From assembly GCA_963709345.1 (NCBI GenBank), contig CAVPVX010000003.1, positions 1-64,000 on the forward strand: a DNA stretch of 64,000 nt. Reading direction: 5' to 3'. A program made the position numbers and the translations under genes. Shown here in pieces: positions 48,107 to 59,868 of this stretch (position 1 is the stretch's first letter; each line of letters starts with the position of its first letter). The stretch is from an uncultured Actinomycetes bacterium. Its GTDB lineage: Bacteria > Actinomycetota > Thermoleophilia > UBA2241. A model generated the notes under the pieces. It was not told the origin of the DNA. It saw only the letters and a program-made list of their open reading frames with translations, and searched no databases.

Positions 48107-48635
48107 TCGCGCGTCCGCGGAGCAGGCTCACGCCGACCGCGCCGAGGATGGCTTCGGTCGCGGCGACTGATCATCGGCGAGCGCCTGCCGACTTGATTGC
48201 CTCGCAGCGGAGCCGTACAGTGTGACTGGAGAGCGCGTCAGCCGCTCCGCGACCCAATCGCGACCGCGTCGCGTTCACGGCTGTTCCGCCTCGGTGCCGG
48301 CCACAGCGAACCGCTCTGCGGACCGAGCGAAGCGATGGCCCTCGTCACCGACGCGGACCTCGAGCACGAACACCGTTTCGGCCTGGACGACGGCGCCGGC
48401 CTCGCCCGCTTTCTCGCCGTCCGGCTCGACGCGTTGCGCGACTACTGATCGCGACCTCGGTGCCCACGAGATCCTGAAGGCCGGACCCGGGTCCTTGAAT
48501 CCGGCGCCGCTTCGGTCGCGCCGACTATTCATCGAAGAGCGCCTGCCGACTTGATTGACCACGCACGGAGCCGTACAGTGTGGGGAGACAGTCGGTCGAA
48601 CCGCATCGCGCCTTCCGCGACGGCGTCGCGTTCAC
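47939..48635 (+). repeat. Diverged tandem duplication, about 340-355 bp units (47939-48278 and 48281-48635)
   Basis: Both units carry the mobB 3' end, GCTTCGGTCGCG, GAGCGCCTGCCGACTTGATTG, CGGAGCCGTACAGTGTG and GCGTCGCGTTCAC. Confidence 0.85.
48281..48448 (+). pseudogene. 3' remnant of a mobA-mobB allele
   Basis: LFRLGAGHSEPLCGPSEAMALVTDADLEHEHRFGLDD...RLDALRDY matches the last ~55 aa of 46985..48106; no N-terminus or RBS. Confidence 0.8.
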
Positions 48636-48652
48636 AGACAGGAGACTGCGAC

Positions 48653-48865
48653 ATGCCCAACCTCGGTGCACCAGAACTCATCATCATCGCCCTCGTTGTC
48701 CTGCTGCTGTTCGGCGCCACGCGTCTGCCCAAGCTCGGCCGGTCCATGGGCCAGAGCATCCGTGGCTTCAAGCAGGGCCTGAACGACGACACCGAAGAGG
48801 CGGCGGCCGACGTCAAGCTCGACGCCAAGACCCTCGACAAGAACGAGGACGACAAGGACTCCTGA
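48653..48865 (+). CDS. tatA: Twin-arginine translocase TatA
   Basis: [40 protein letters not shown]; AGGAG RBS. Confidence 0.93.
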   Translation: MPNLGAPELIIIALVVLLLFGATRLPKLGRSMGQSIRGFKQGLNDDTEEAAADVKLDAKTLDKNEDDKDS

Positions 48866-48886
48866 GCGCCGGGAATGAACGAACCC

Positions 48887-48913
48887 GACGGCCCGCCTCC
48901 CGGCGGGCCGTCG
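48887..48913. terminator. Bidirectional terminator hairpin between tatA and ispF
   Basis: GACGGCCCGCC-tccc-GGCGGGCCGTC followed by GTCGTTT. Confidence 0.65.
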
Positions 48914-48917
48914 TCGT

Positions 48918-49391
48918 TTAGCGGCTGAGAAGGCAGACGGCAAGGGCGGCGATGCCCTCGCCCCGGCCCTCGAAGCCCATGCCCTCGGTGGTCGTCGCCT
49001 TGACGCTCACGGCGTCGCTGTCGACGCCGAGGGCGGCGGAGAGCCGCTCGCGCATCTCGAGACGATAGCCTGCGACGCGCGGCCGCTCGCAGACCAGCGT
49101 CACGTCCGCGTTCGCGACCTGCCACCCGTTCTTGCTGAGCCACGTCATGACCTTGTCGAGCAGATCCATGCTGGAGGCCCCCGCGAAGGCGGGGTCGGTG
49201 TCGGGAAAAAGTTCGCCGATGTCGCCGAATCCGGCCGCGCCGAGCAGGGCGTCCATCAGAGCATGGACGCCGACGTCGGCGTCGGAGTGCCCGGCAAGCC
49301 CTTGCGGGTGGTCGACCGGCACGCCGCAGAGCACCAGCGGACGCCCGTCGGCGAAGCGATGGGCGTCGTAACCGCTGCCGACCCTAAACGT
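48918..49391 (-). CDS. ispF: 2-C-methyl-D-erythritol 2,4-cyclodiphosphate synthase; apparent ACG start
   Basis: RVGSGYDAH, GHSDADV..HALMDALLGA, DIGELFPD, VKATTTEGMGF. Confidence 0.92.
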   Translation of the reverse strand, partial: TFRVGSGYDAHRFADGRPLVLCGVPVDHPQGLAGHSDADVGVHALMDALLGAAGFGDIGELFPDTDPAFAGASSMDLLDKVMTWLSKNGWQVANADVTLVCERPRVAGYRLEMRERLSAALGVDSDAVSVKATTTEGMGFEGRGEGIAALAVCLLSR

Positions 49392-50106
49392 CTTCCTCCA
49401 CCTCCCACGAAAGCAGAGCGCCGGCCAGCGGGAGGTCCGCCGGCGTGGTGATCTTGACGTTGGCCGGCGTGGAGCCGACGAGCTTGACCTTGTAGCCGCC
49501 GCGCTCGAGCAGCGCGGCATCGTCGGTCGCGCGCTCCAGGTCGGAACGGGAGTAGACGTCGCGCAGGGCGGCGGCGCGGAAGACTTGCGGAGTCTGCGCC
49601 GCCCACAGCCCGCTGCGGTCCACGGTGGCCTGCACCGCGCAGTCGTCACCGCCACGCTTGAGCGTGTCGCTGATCTCGATCGCGGGGACGGCGCCGGCGG
49701 CCTCGTCCAGAGCGTCCAGACAGGCCTCGAAGACCCTCCGGGAGAACAGCGGGCGGGCGCCGTCGTGCACGGCGATGACCGCTGCACCGTCCGGCACTTC
49801 GAGCAGCCCGGCGCGCACGGAGTCGGTGCGCGTCGTGCCGCCCTCCGCGATGAGGAGCGGCTTGACGTCGTCGAACGCCATGAGTTCGCCAGCGAAGCGC
49901 ACAGTGTGCGACGGGTGCAGCACGACGACGATGCCGTCGACGCACTCCATCGCGAACAGCCGGCGTACCGAGTGTGAGAGGATCGTATCGCCGCCGAGGA
50001 GCAGGAACTGCTTGGACTCCCCGTCCGGCAGTCCCATACGCCGGCTGTCGCCGGCGGCGGCGACGATGACCCAGGTCTCTCCGGGCTGCTGCTCCTCCAC
50101 GTCCAT
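49384..50106 (-). CDS. ispD: 2-C-methyl-D-erythritol 4-phosphate cytidylyltransferase
   Basis: AAAGDSRRMG, KQF, VHDGARP, AQTPQVF, TDDAAL, NVKITTPADL. Confidence 0.95.
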   Translation of the reverse strand: MDVEEQQPGETWVIVAAAGDSRRMGLPDGESKQFLLLGGDTILSHSVRRLFAMECVDGIVVVLHPSHTVRFAGELMAFDDVKPLLIAEGGTTRTDSVRAGLLEVPDGAAVIAVHDGARPLFSRRVFEACLDALDEAAGAVPAIEISDTLKRGGDDCAVQATVDRSGLWAAQTPQVFRAAALRDVYSRSDLERATDDAALLERGGYKVKLVGSTPANVKITTPADLPLAGALLSWEVEEDV

Positions 50107-50120
50107 CCCCCCAGTCGGTT

Positions 50121-51185
50121 TCAGTCGGGCGGCCGTGCGGCCACCCGACTGAAGATCATCTTTCCCGAGGGACTCTGCAGCACGCTGGTCACCTCGGCCT
50201 TGACGCGCGCGCCCACCCTGGATGCCCCGGCCTCGACGACGATCATGGTGCCGTCGTCAAGGTAGCCGACCCCCTGGTTCTGCTCGCGCCCTTCACGCAG
50301 GATCTTGACCTCGATCACCTCGCCCGGCAGCACTGCCGGCTTCACCGCGTTCGCGAGGTCGTTCACGTTGAGAAGTATGACGCCCTGGATCTCAGCGACC
50401 TTCTTCAGCGTGTAGTCCGTGCTGATGATCTGCGCACCGGTCTCGTGGCCGAGCCGCACCAGCTTGGCGTCTACGGCCTCGATGTCGGCGTAGTCGGTAT
50501 CGTCGATGCGGGCCGCACCCGAGCCGTTCTGCAGCCGCTTCACGAAGTCGAGGCCGCGGCGGCCACGCACACGCTTCTCGGCATCGGCCGAGTCGGCCAG
50601 CCGCTGCAACTCCTCGACGACGAAGCGCGGCACGAGAAGCTCGCCCTCGACGAATCCTGTGTCGACGATCTCGAGGATGCGCCCGTCGATGATCGCGCTC
50701 GAGTCGAGAAGCTTGGCCGACGTGAGTCCCGGGACGACATCGAAGGCGCCGCGCACGCCCAGCAGCCGCAGGATCTCGATGTGCTTCTTGGCGGCGAGAT
50801 ACGCCGTGAAGTAGCCGGACAGCAGATAGATCGGCACGGTGAGATACGGTCCCACGATGGGAATGCGCACGAGCGCCACGCTGATGAGCGTGGCGATGCA
50901 CAAGCCGACGACCACTCCGCCGATACCCACCATGACCTCGGCGCCGGTGGCGCGGGCCATGACCCCGTCTACGCGGTCCAGCCCACGGCACAGGAGACGC
51001 GAGAGCAGGACGCCGAACGCGTACCCGATGAAGAAGCCGGCGACCGTGACCCCGACGAGCCAAATGATCTTGCCGTTCTGATCGAGAACGGGCGCGAAGG
51101 ACGATATGCGGATGCGCTCGGCGACCTGATACCCGGCGAGCGCGCCGAGCAGGGCCAGCAGAATGCGGATCGCGGGCGTCAGCAC
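50121..51185 (-). CDS. PIN/TRAM domain membrane protein (YacL family)
   Basis: N-terminal TMs, LLDSSAIIDGRI, RGRRGLD, QGVGYLDDGTMIVVE; position upstream of ispD; GTG start 51185. Confidence 0.9.
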   Translation of the reverse strand: MLTPAIRILLALLGALAGYQVAERIRISSFAPVLDQNGKIIWLVGVTVAGFFIGYAFGVLLSRLLCRGLDRVDGVMARATGAEVMVGIGGVVVGLCIATLISVALVRIPIVGPYLTVPIYLLSGYFTAYLAAKKHIEILRLLGVRGAFDVVPGLTSAKLLDSSAIIDGRILEIVDTGFVEGELLVPRFVVEELQRLADSADAEKRVRGRRGLDFVKRLQNGSGAARIDDTDYADIEAVDAKLVRLGHETGAQIISTDYTLKKVAEIQGVILLNVNDLANAVKPAVLPGEVIEVKILREGREQNQGVGYLDDGTMIVVEAGASRVGARVKAEVTSVLQSPSGKMIFSRVAARPPD

Positions 51186-51222
51186 GCCCCGCGGTCGGCG
51201 CGGGCCGGCGGCGGAGCCGGCC

Positions 51223-51759
51223 TCAGACGACGGTGGCCGGCTCTCGGGAGTCGTCGGCAAGTGCGGCTCCGTCGATGTGGATGTTCTCGAGCACATCTTC
51301 AAGGAAGGCCGTAGCCTCGTCCTCGGAGAAATTGCGCGCGTACATGAGCTCGCTGGCGAGGATCTTCTTGGCCTTGGAGAACATCTGCTTCTCGCCGGTG
51401 GAGAGCCCCTTGGCGGCGTGGCGGATGGCCAGGTTGCGGACGACTTCGGCGACCTCGAAGATGTCGCCCGTCTTGAGCTTGTCGCGGTTGTGCTTGTAGC
51501 GCCGGCTCCAGTTCTTGGGCATCTTGGTCGGATCGCCGCGAAGGACCTCGAGGACGCGCTCGACGACGTCCGAATCAATGACCTTGCGAAGACCGGCTCG
51601 GTCGGCGTTCTCGACGGGGACCATGACGGTCATGTCGTTATGCAGGATCTGGATGGTGAGGTAGTCACGCTGCTGACCGAGCACGTCCTTCTGCTCGATC
51701 TTCATGATCTTGCCTGCCCCGTGATGTGGATAGACGACCTTGTCTCCGACTGAATACAA
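51223..51759 (-). CDS. carD: CarD family RNA polymerase-binding regulator
   Basis: YSVGDKVVYPHHGAG, NWSRRYK, LSTGEKQM; TTG start 51759. Confidence 0.93.
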   Translation of the reverse strand: MYSVGDKVVYPHHGAGKIMKIEQKDVLGQQRDYLTIQILHNDMTVMVPVENADRAGLRKVIDSDVVERVLEVLRGDPTKMPKNWSRRYKHNRDKLKTGDIFEVAEVVRNLAIRHAAKGLSTGEKQMFSKAKKILASELMYARNFSEDEATAFLEDVLENIHIDGAALADDSREPATVV

Positions 51760-51763
51760 GTTC

Positions 51764-53182
51764 TCAAACCCCCCACTCGTCGTTCGTGGCCCCGGCGGCC
51801 GGCTGTGGCGCTCGTTCACCGAGGAGGGTGATGAACGCCCTGCGCACGTCGGCCGCACCTGCGGCGGGAGCCCCGGCGCGGCGTGCATCGGCAGCGGGTA
51901 CGACGATGCGGTCGAAACCGGACCGGCCGGCTTCGGCGACACGCCGCTCACTCTGGCTGCAAGAACGAAGCTCGCCCGTCAGGCTGATCTCCCCGAACAC
52001 CGCCACCCTGGGCGGAAGGGGCGTGTCGCGCTGCGCCGAGGCGATGGCGAGAGCGACCGCGAGGTCCGCTGCGGGCTCGTCGATACGAATTCCGCCTGCA
52101 ATTGTAACAAAAATGTCGGCTGAGGACAACGGCAGGCGGGCATGGCGGCTGAGGACGGCCACGAGCATGGCCAGGCGATTGCGGTCGAACCCGACGGCCA
52201 CGCGGCGCGGCATCGCCAGCTCGCTGCGGCTGACGAGCGCCTGGACCTCGACGAGAAAGCAGCGCGTGCCCTCAACGGCCACGTGCACCGCGGAGCCCGC
52301 GGCGGGGTCTGCTTCGCTGAGGAAGAGAACCGAAGGGTCGGGCACCGTGAGCAGGCCCGACCCGGTCATCTCGAAGATCCCGAGCTCGTTCGTCGAGCCG
52401 AAGCGGTTCTTGGCGGCGCGCAGGGTGCGATAGAAGCGTTGCCGGTCGCCCTCGAACTGAAGCACGGTGTCGACCATGTGCTCCAGGACCCTGGGACCGG
52501 CGATCGTCCCCTCCTTCGTCACGTGACCGACGAGGAAGACGGCGGCGCCGGTGTCCTTGGCCAGGCGGAGGAAGCGGCCCGCCGCTTCCCGCACCTGGCT
52601 CACGCTGCCCGGCGCCGACGTGAAGGCGTCGCTGTAGAGCGTCTGTACCGAGTCGACGACGACGAGCGCCGGGCGGGCGGCGGCGACGGTCTCGAGCACG
52701 AGCTCGAGCTCAGTCTCGGCGAGCACGTCGATGTTGCCGGCGCCGTGGCAGATGCGCTCGGCGCGCATCTTGACCTGCGCCGCCGACTCCTCGCCGCAGA
52801 CGAGCAGCACCGGGCGGTCGGCGGCGACGTTGTCGAGCACCTGGAGAAGGAGCGTGGACTTGCCGATGCCGGGCTCGCCGCCGACGAGCACGAGCGAGCC
52901 CGGGACGATGCCCCCACCGAGCACGCGGTCGAGCTCGTCGATGCCGCTCGAGAAGCGCTCCTCGGCCGAAGAGACGACGTCGGAGAGCCGAACGGGGCCG
53001 GTGGCACTACTGCCGCCGGCCCCGCCACCACGCTTCCTGGCGCGACCGCGCCCCTTCGGCGCCACCACGACCGCTTCTTCGACGAACGAGTCCCAAGCGC
53101 CGCAGTCCGGGCAGTGGCCGAGCCACTTGGCCTCGCGGCGGCCGCACTGGCCGCAGGTGAAGACGGTCTGCGTCTTCGCCAC
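51764..53182 (-). CDS. radA: DNA repair protein RadA/Sms
   Basis: CGQC...CPDC zinc finger, GEPGIGKST, KNRFG. Confidence 0.96.
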   Translation of the reverse strand: MAKTQTVFTCGQCGRREAKWLGHCPDCGAWDSFVEEAVVVAPKGRGRARKRGGGAGGSSATGPVRLSDVVSSAEERFSSGIDELDRVLGGGIVPGSLVLVGGEPGIGKSTLLLQVLDNVAADRPVLLVCGEESAAQVKMRAERICHGAGNIDVLAETELELVLETVAAARPALVVVDSVQTLYSDAFTSAPGSVSQVREAAGRFLRLAKDTGAAVFLVGHVTKEGTIAGPRVLEHMVDTVLQFEGDRQRFYRTLRAAKNRFGSTNELGIFEMTGSGLLTVPDPSVLFLSEADPAAGSAVHVAVEGTRCFLVEVQALVSRSELAMPRRVAVGFDRNRLAMLVAVLSRHARLPLSSADIFVTIAGGIRIDEPAADLAVALAIASAQRDTPLPPRVAVFGEISLTGELRSCSQSERRVAEAGRSGFDRIVVPAADARRAGAPAAGAADVRRAFITLLGERAPQPAAGATNDEWGV

Positions 53183-53234
53183 GTCAGCGGCCCCTGCGGC
53201 CGGTCTCGGTCGCCGGCGCCGTCACGACCTCGTC

Positions 53235-55799
<2,565 letters not shown>

Positions 55800-56338
55800 C
55801 CGGTTACTCCTTCCGGAGGACGGGAGCCGTTCGGGCCGGTGAAGGGACGGGAGCGGCTGCCGGTACTCGCTCTCTCAGCCTCCGGCGTACCCTCGGGTGC
55901 CCCGCCGGAAGCAGGACGTGAGTCTATGGTACCCGATTCGCCGGACGACGCGACCCGGGCCTCGTCGCGACCCCGAGCGCGCAAGACACCTGATGCCCTT
56001 CGTGCCGATTGTCGCCGGCGGGTTCGGCCTCGGCTGCTTCGTCGCGGGCGCGCTCGATCATCTTCGTCGTGGCGCCGGCAAGCGACCACGACCTCTTCAT
56101 CGCGCCACACGTCCGCAGTGAAACGATGGAGCGATGACCGCGCGACGGGACAATCAGGGCGCTGTCTACCACAGGCGGCGTGCTCACCGGCGCTGGCGCC
56201 AAGCCCTGCCGTGCGGGTCGGGCCGAGGATCGACTGGCCGGGGCCGCGGCGAACGGCGTGAGGCGATGGCGCCCAGGTCGCTACCGCACCAGACGCGGGA
56301 TCGGTCGCTGCTCCACGGAAGGCTCGCCGACGCGACGC

Positions 56339-57751
56339 TCAGCTGTCGAACCCGACGCCCAGCCGGTCGAGGGTCCGCAGCCATGCAGAGCGCTTGCCTC
56401 CGTGACGATCAGCGTAGGTCATGGCTCGCTGGGTGAGCTCTACGGCCCCCCAGCGCAGCGGTTCCGGCGGCCAGGGCACCGGCCGGCTCCGCACCAGCTC
56501 GAGCTCGGTAAGCTCCGTCCGATTCCCCGAGAGCAGATCGAGGACGGCCCTCGCTCCGAAACGCGACGCCCCGACACCCATGCCGGTGAACCCGAGGGCG
56601 TAGGCGACGCGGCCGCCCAGGAGCCTGCCGAAGAACGGGCAGAAGCGCGTGCTCGTGTCGATCGCACCGCCCCACCCGTGGGTGAAGGAGACGCCCTCGA
56701 GTTGCGGGAAGAAGGCGAAGAAGTGCCGCGAGAGCCTGGAGAACGTCTCCGGCCGGCGCGCGAACTCCGAGCGCACCGCGCTGCCGTAGTGATAGATGGC
56801 GTCGTAGCCGCCCCAGAGGATGCGGTCGTCGGCGGTCAGCCGAAAGTAGTGGAAGTGGTTGCCGGCATCAAAGAGCCCCTGCCTGCGCTTCCAGCCAAGC
56901 GCGGCCCGATGCTCCGACGAGAGCGGCTCGGTGACGAGGGCGTAGTCCCAGACAGGCACCATCAGCAGTCTCAGACGTTTGATCAGGGGCTTGAAGGCGT
57001 TGGTCGCGAGGACGGCTTTCGCGGCCCTCACGCTGCCTGCGGGTGTGCTCAACGCGACCCCTGCACCCGCACGTTCGAGTGCCACGACCGGCGTGCCCTC
57101 GTGGATGCGCACGCCGAGCTTTCGGCAGGCCCGCGCGAGACCCCATGCCAGACGAGCCGGGTCGACCATGGCGCAACTGTCCACCAGCCACAGCCCGGCG
57201 AAGACACTCGACGCCATCACCTCGGACTGGATCGCCTCCCGGCCAAAGAACTCGTGCGGACGTCCCGCGCGCTCGAGGGCGTCACGTTCATCGCGTAGCG
57301 CATCCGCCTGCCAAACCTCCGTGGCAAGCCCCAGCTCGCCGGTCCGCTCCCAGGAACAGTCGATCGCGTGGCGCTGACACGACTCCTCCACCGCCGCGAG
57401 ATTCTCCATTCCGAGCGCTTCGAGACGCTCGATCTCGTGCGGGAACTTCGCCTCGCCGTTGCCGGTACCGTGAGTGAGCGTCGACATGCAGAAGCCACCG
57501 TTGCGACCCGAAGCTTGCCAGCCGACACGCCCCGCCTCGAGGACCACCACGTCGCGACCGGGGTCGCTCTCCTTGGCGAGGAGCGCCGACCACAAGCCGG
57601 TGAAGCCGCCGCCGACGACTGCCAGATCGCATTCCTCGAAGCCGGTCAGTGGCCCGGTCGGCGCCGGCGCCTCGGGACTGTCGAGCCAGAAGGGAGTCGA
57701 GCTGAGATCGGCGACGGCGCGTTCGTACCAGGGAGAGGCGGCGCGCGCCAT
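56339..57751 (-). CDS. FAD-dependent oxidoreductase (DadA/PuuB-like amine oxidase family)
   Basis: VVGGGFTGLWSA, ASGRNGGF, YFRLTADDRILWGG, GFTGMGVG. Confidence 0.85.
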   Translation of the reverse strand: MARAASPWYERAVADLSSTPFWLDSPEAPAPTGPLTGFEECDLAVVGGGFTGLWSALLAKESDPGRDVVVLEAGRVGWQASGRNGGFCMSTLTHGTGNGEAKFPHEIERLEALGMENLAAVEESCQRHAIDCSWERTGELGLATEVWQADALRDERDALERAGRPHEFFGREAIQSEVMASSVFAGLWLVDSCAMVDPARLAWGLARACRKLGVRIHEGTPVVALERAGAGVALSTPAGSVRAAKAVLATNAFKPLIKRLRLLMVPVWDYALVTEPLSSEHRAALGWKRRQGLFDAGNHFHYFRLTADDRILWGGYDAIYHYGSAVRSEFARRPETFSRLSRHFFAFFPQLEGVSFTHGWGGAIDTSTRFCPFFGRLLGGRVAYALGFTGMGVGASRFGARAVLDLLSGNRTELTELELVRSRPVPWPPEPLRWGAVELTQRAMTYADRHGGKRSAWLRTLDRLGVGFDS

Positions 57752-57754
57752 GGA

Positions 57755-59248
57755 TCAGCCGCGCAGCGCCGGGAAGAGGATGACGTCGCGGATGCTGGGC
57801 GCGCCGGTCAAGATCATCACGAGACGGTCGATGCCCATGCCGAGGCCGCCGGTCGGCGGCATGCCGTGCTCCATGGCCTCGAGGAAGTCCTCGTCGAGCC
57901 GGTGCGCGGTCTCGTCGCCGTCGGCGAGATCCTGCATCTGCTGCATGAAGCGCTCGCGCTGGTCGTCCGGGTCGTTGAGCTCGCTGAAGGCGTTGCTCAG
58001 CTCCATGCCGGCGATGAAACCCTCGAACCGCTCAACGAAACGCGGGTCGTGCGGGGTCTTCTTGGCGAACGGGCTGGTCTCGAGCGGGTGCTCGGTGATG
58101 AACACCGGCTGGATGAGCTTGGGCTCGACGCACTCGCTGAACAGGTCGTCGACCTGGGCGCCCCAGGCGGGGGCGAGCGGCACGACGTCCTCGAGCCCCT
58201 TCTCCTTGATGCGCGCCTGTAGGCCGGTCACCGTGCGCGCGTCCTCGGCGCCGATGTCGATGCCGGTCTCCTGCTCGATGGCCTTGCGCATCGTGAGGCG
58301 CGGCCACGGCGGCGTCAGGTCGACAGCATGGTCGCGGAACTGGACGTTCAGGCCGCCGACGGCGCCAGCCGCCTCGGCGGTCATCTCTTCGACCATCGTC
58401 ATGACGTGGTTGTAGTCGACGTAGGCCTCGTAGGTCTCGAGCATCGTGAACTCGGGGTTGTGTTTGAAGCTCACGCCCTCGTTGCGGAAGTCCTTGCCCA
58501 TCTCGTAGACGCGGTCGATGCCGCCGATGATGCAGCGCTTGAGGTACAGCTCCGTGGCGATGCGCAGGTAGAGGTCGCGCTCGAGCTCGTTGTGGTGGGT
58601 GATGAACGGCCTCGCCAAAGCGCCGCCGTAGAGAGGCTGCAGCACCGGGGTCTCGACCTCGATGAAGCCGCGGTCGTCGAGAAAGCGGCGCACGGCGGCG
58701 ATGATGCGCGCCCTCTTGACGAACACCTCGCGCGAGTCGTCGTTGGCCGCGAGGTCCAGGTAGCGCTTGCGGTAGCGCGTCTCCACGCTGGTGAGCCCGT
58801 GGTACTTCTCGGGCATGCCGCGCAGCGACTTGCTGAGCAACCGCCAGGAGGTGATGCGCAGGCTGAGCTCGCCGCGGCGCGTACGCATCATCGTGCCCTC
58901 GGCGCCGACGAAGTCGCCGAGGTCGACGCGCTCGAGCGCCTCGTAACGCTCGTCGCCGAGCGCGTCGAGTTGGCAGAAGAGCTGGAGCTCGCCGCTCAGG
59001 TCCTTGAGCACGACGAAGGTGAGCTTGCCGTGGACGCGGCGGGCGACGACGCGGCCGGCGACGCGATGCAGGTCGGCCGAGTCCTGACCGGATTCGAGAG
59101 CCGCATACGCGTCGTGCAGCGACCCGATCTCGTCGCGAGGCTGGTACTGCGTGGGGTAGGCGTCGCCCTCGGCGCGCCAGGCGGCGAGCTTGGTACGTCG
59201 CTCGGCGAAGACGTCAGCGTGCCCGCCGTGCTCCGCGTGCTCGTCCAT
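57755..59248 (-). CDS. lysS: Lysine--tRNA ligase class II
   Basis: YLRIATELYLKR, FRNEG..KHNPEFT, GMPPTGGLGMGIDRL. Confidence 0.97.
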   Translation of the reverse strand: MDEHAEHGGHADVFAERRTKLAAWRAEGDAYPTQYQPRDEIGSLHDAYAALESGQDSADLHRVAGRVVARRVHGKLTFVVLKDLSGELQLFCQLDALGDERYEALERVDLGDFVGAEGTMMRTRRGELSLRITSWRLLSKSLRGMPEKYHGLTSVETRYRKRYLDLAANDDSREVFVKRARIIAAVRRFLDDRGFIEVETPVLQPLYGGALARPFITHHNELERDLYLRIATELYLKRCIIGGIDRVYEMGKDFRNEGVSFKHNPEFTMLETYEAYVDYNHVMTMVEEMTAEAAGAVGGLNVQFRDHAVDLTPPWPRLTMRKAIEQETGIDIGAEDARTVTGLQARIKEKGLEDVVPLAPAWGAQVDDLFSECVEPKLIQPVFITEHPLETSPFAKKTPHDPRFVERFEGFIAGMELSNAFSELNDPDDQRERFMQQMQDLADGDETAHRLDEDFLEAMEHGMPPTGGLGMGIDRLVMILTGAPSIRDVILFPALRG

Positions 59249-59256
59249 GACGGCCC

Positions 59257-59736
59257 TCAGGCCTTGTCGATGGCCAGGACCTTGAACTTCTTCGAGCCCT
59301 GGGGCACGGCCACCGTCACCTTGTCGCCGGGCTTGTGGCCGATGATGGCGCGGCCGACCGGCGACTCGTTGGACAGCTTGTGTGCGCCGGGATCGGCCTC
59401 GGCCGACCCGACGATGCTGTACTGCACCACATCACCGCGCTGCATGTCCTGCAGGGTGACCTTGGTGCCCACACCGACGGCGTCGGTGGTGATGGAATCG
59501 GAGTCGATGACGATGGCGCTCCGCAGGCGCTCTTCGAGCGAGTAGATCCGTGCCTCGAGCATGGCCTGCTCGTTCTTGGCGTCGTCGTATTCGGAGTTCT
59601 CGGAGATGTCACCGAAGTCGCGGGAGGCACGGATTCGCTCGGCAACCTCGTCGCGCTTGACGGATGAAAGATACTCGATCTCCTCTTTGAGACGCTGGAA
59701 GCCCTCGGGCGTGAGGATGATCTCGCGGTCGACCAC
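59257..59736 (-). CDS. greA: Transcription elongation factor GreA
   Basis: GDISENSEYDDAK, SNESPVGRA. Confidence 0.96.
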   Translation of the reverse strand: MVDREIILTPEGFQRLKEEIEYLSSVKRDEVAERIRASRDFGDISENSEYDDAKNEQAMLEARIYSLEERLRSAIVIDSDSITTDAVGVGTKVTLQDMQRGDVVQYSIVGSAEADPGAHKLSNESPVGRAIIGHKPGDKVTVAVPQGSKKFKVLAIDKA

Positions 59737-59868
59737 AGGTTCCTCCTCTTCAACGCGGCAACGCGGCCCCTTAACGAGACCGCGTGCCGAAGTGGCGCGT
59801 AAGTATAGGGCATGGTAGGTGCGCGCGCAAACCGCGCCGCGAGCCCGCAGGCGGCGATCCCGGCGGCC

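Noticed and set aside
48197-48448. 83-aa ORF as a new small protein
   Set aside because: Its C-terminal part is the duplicated mobB remnant and its N-terminal part is promoter/leader sequence
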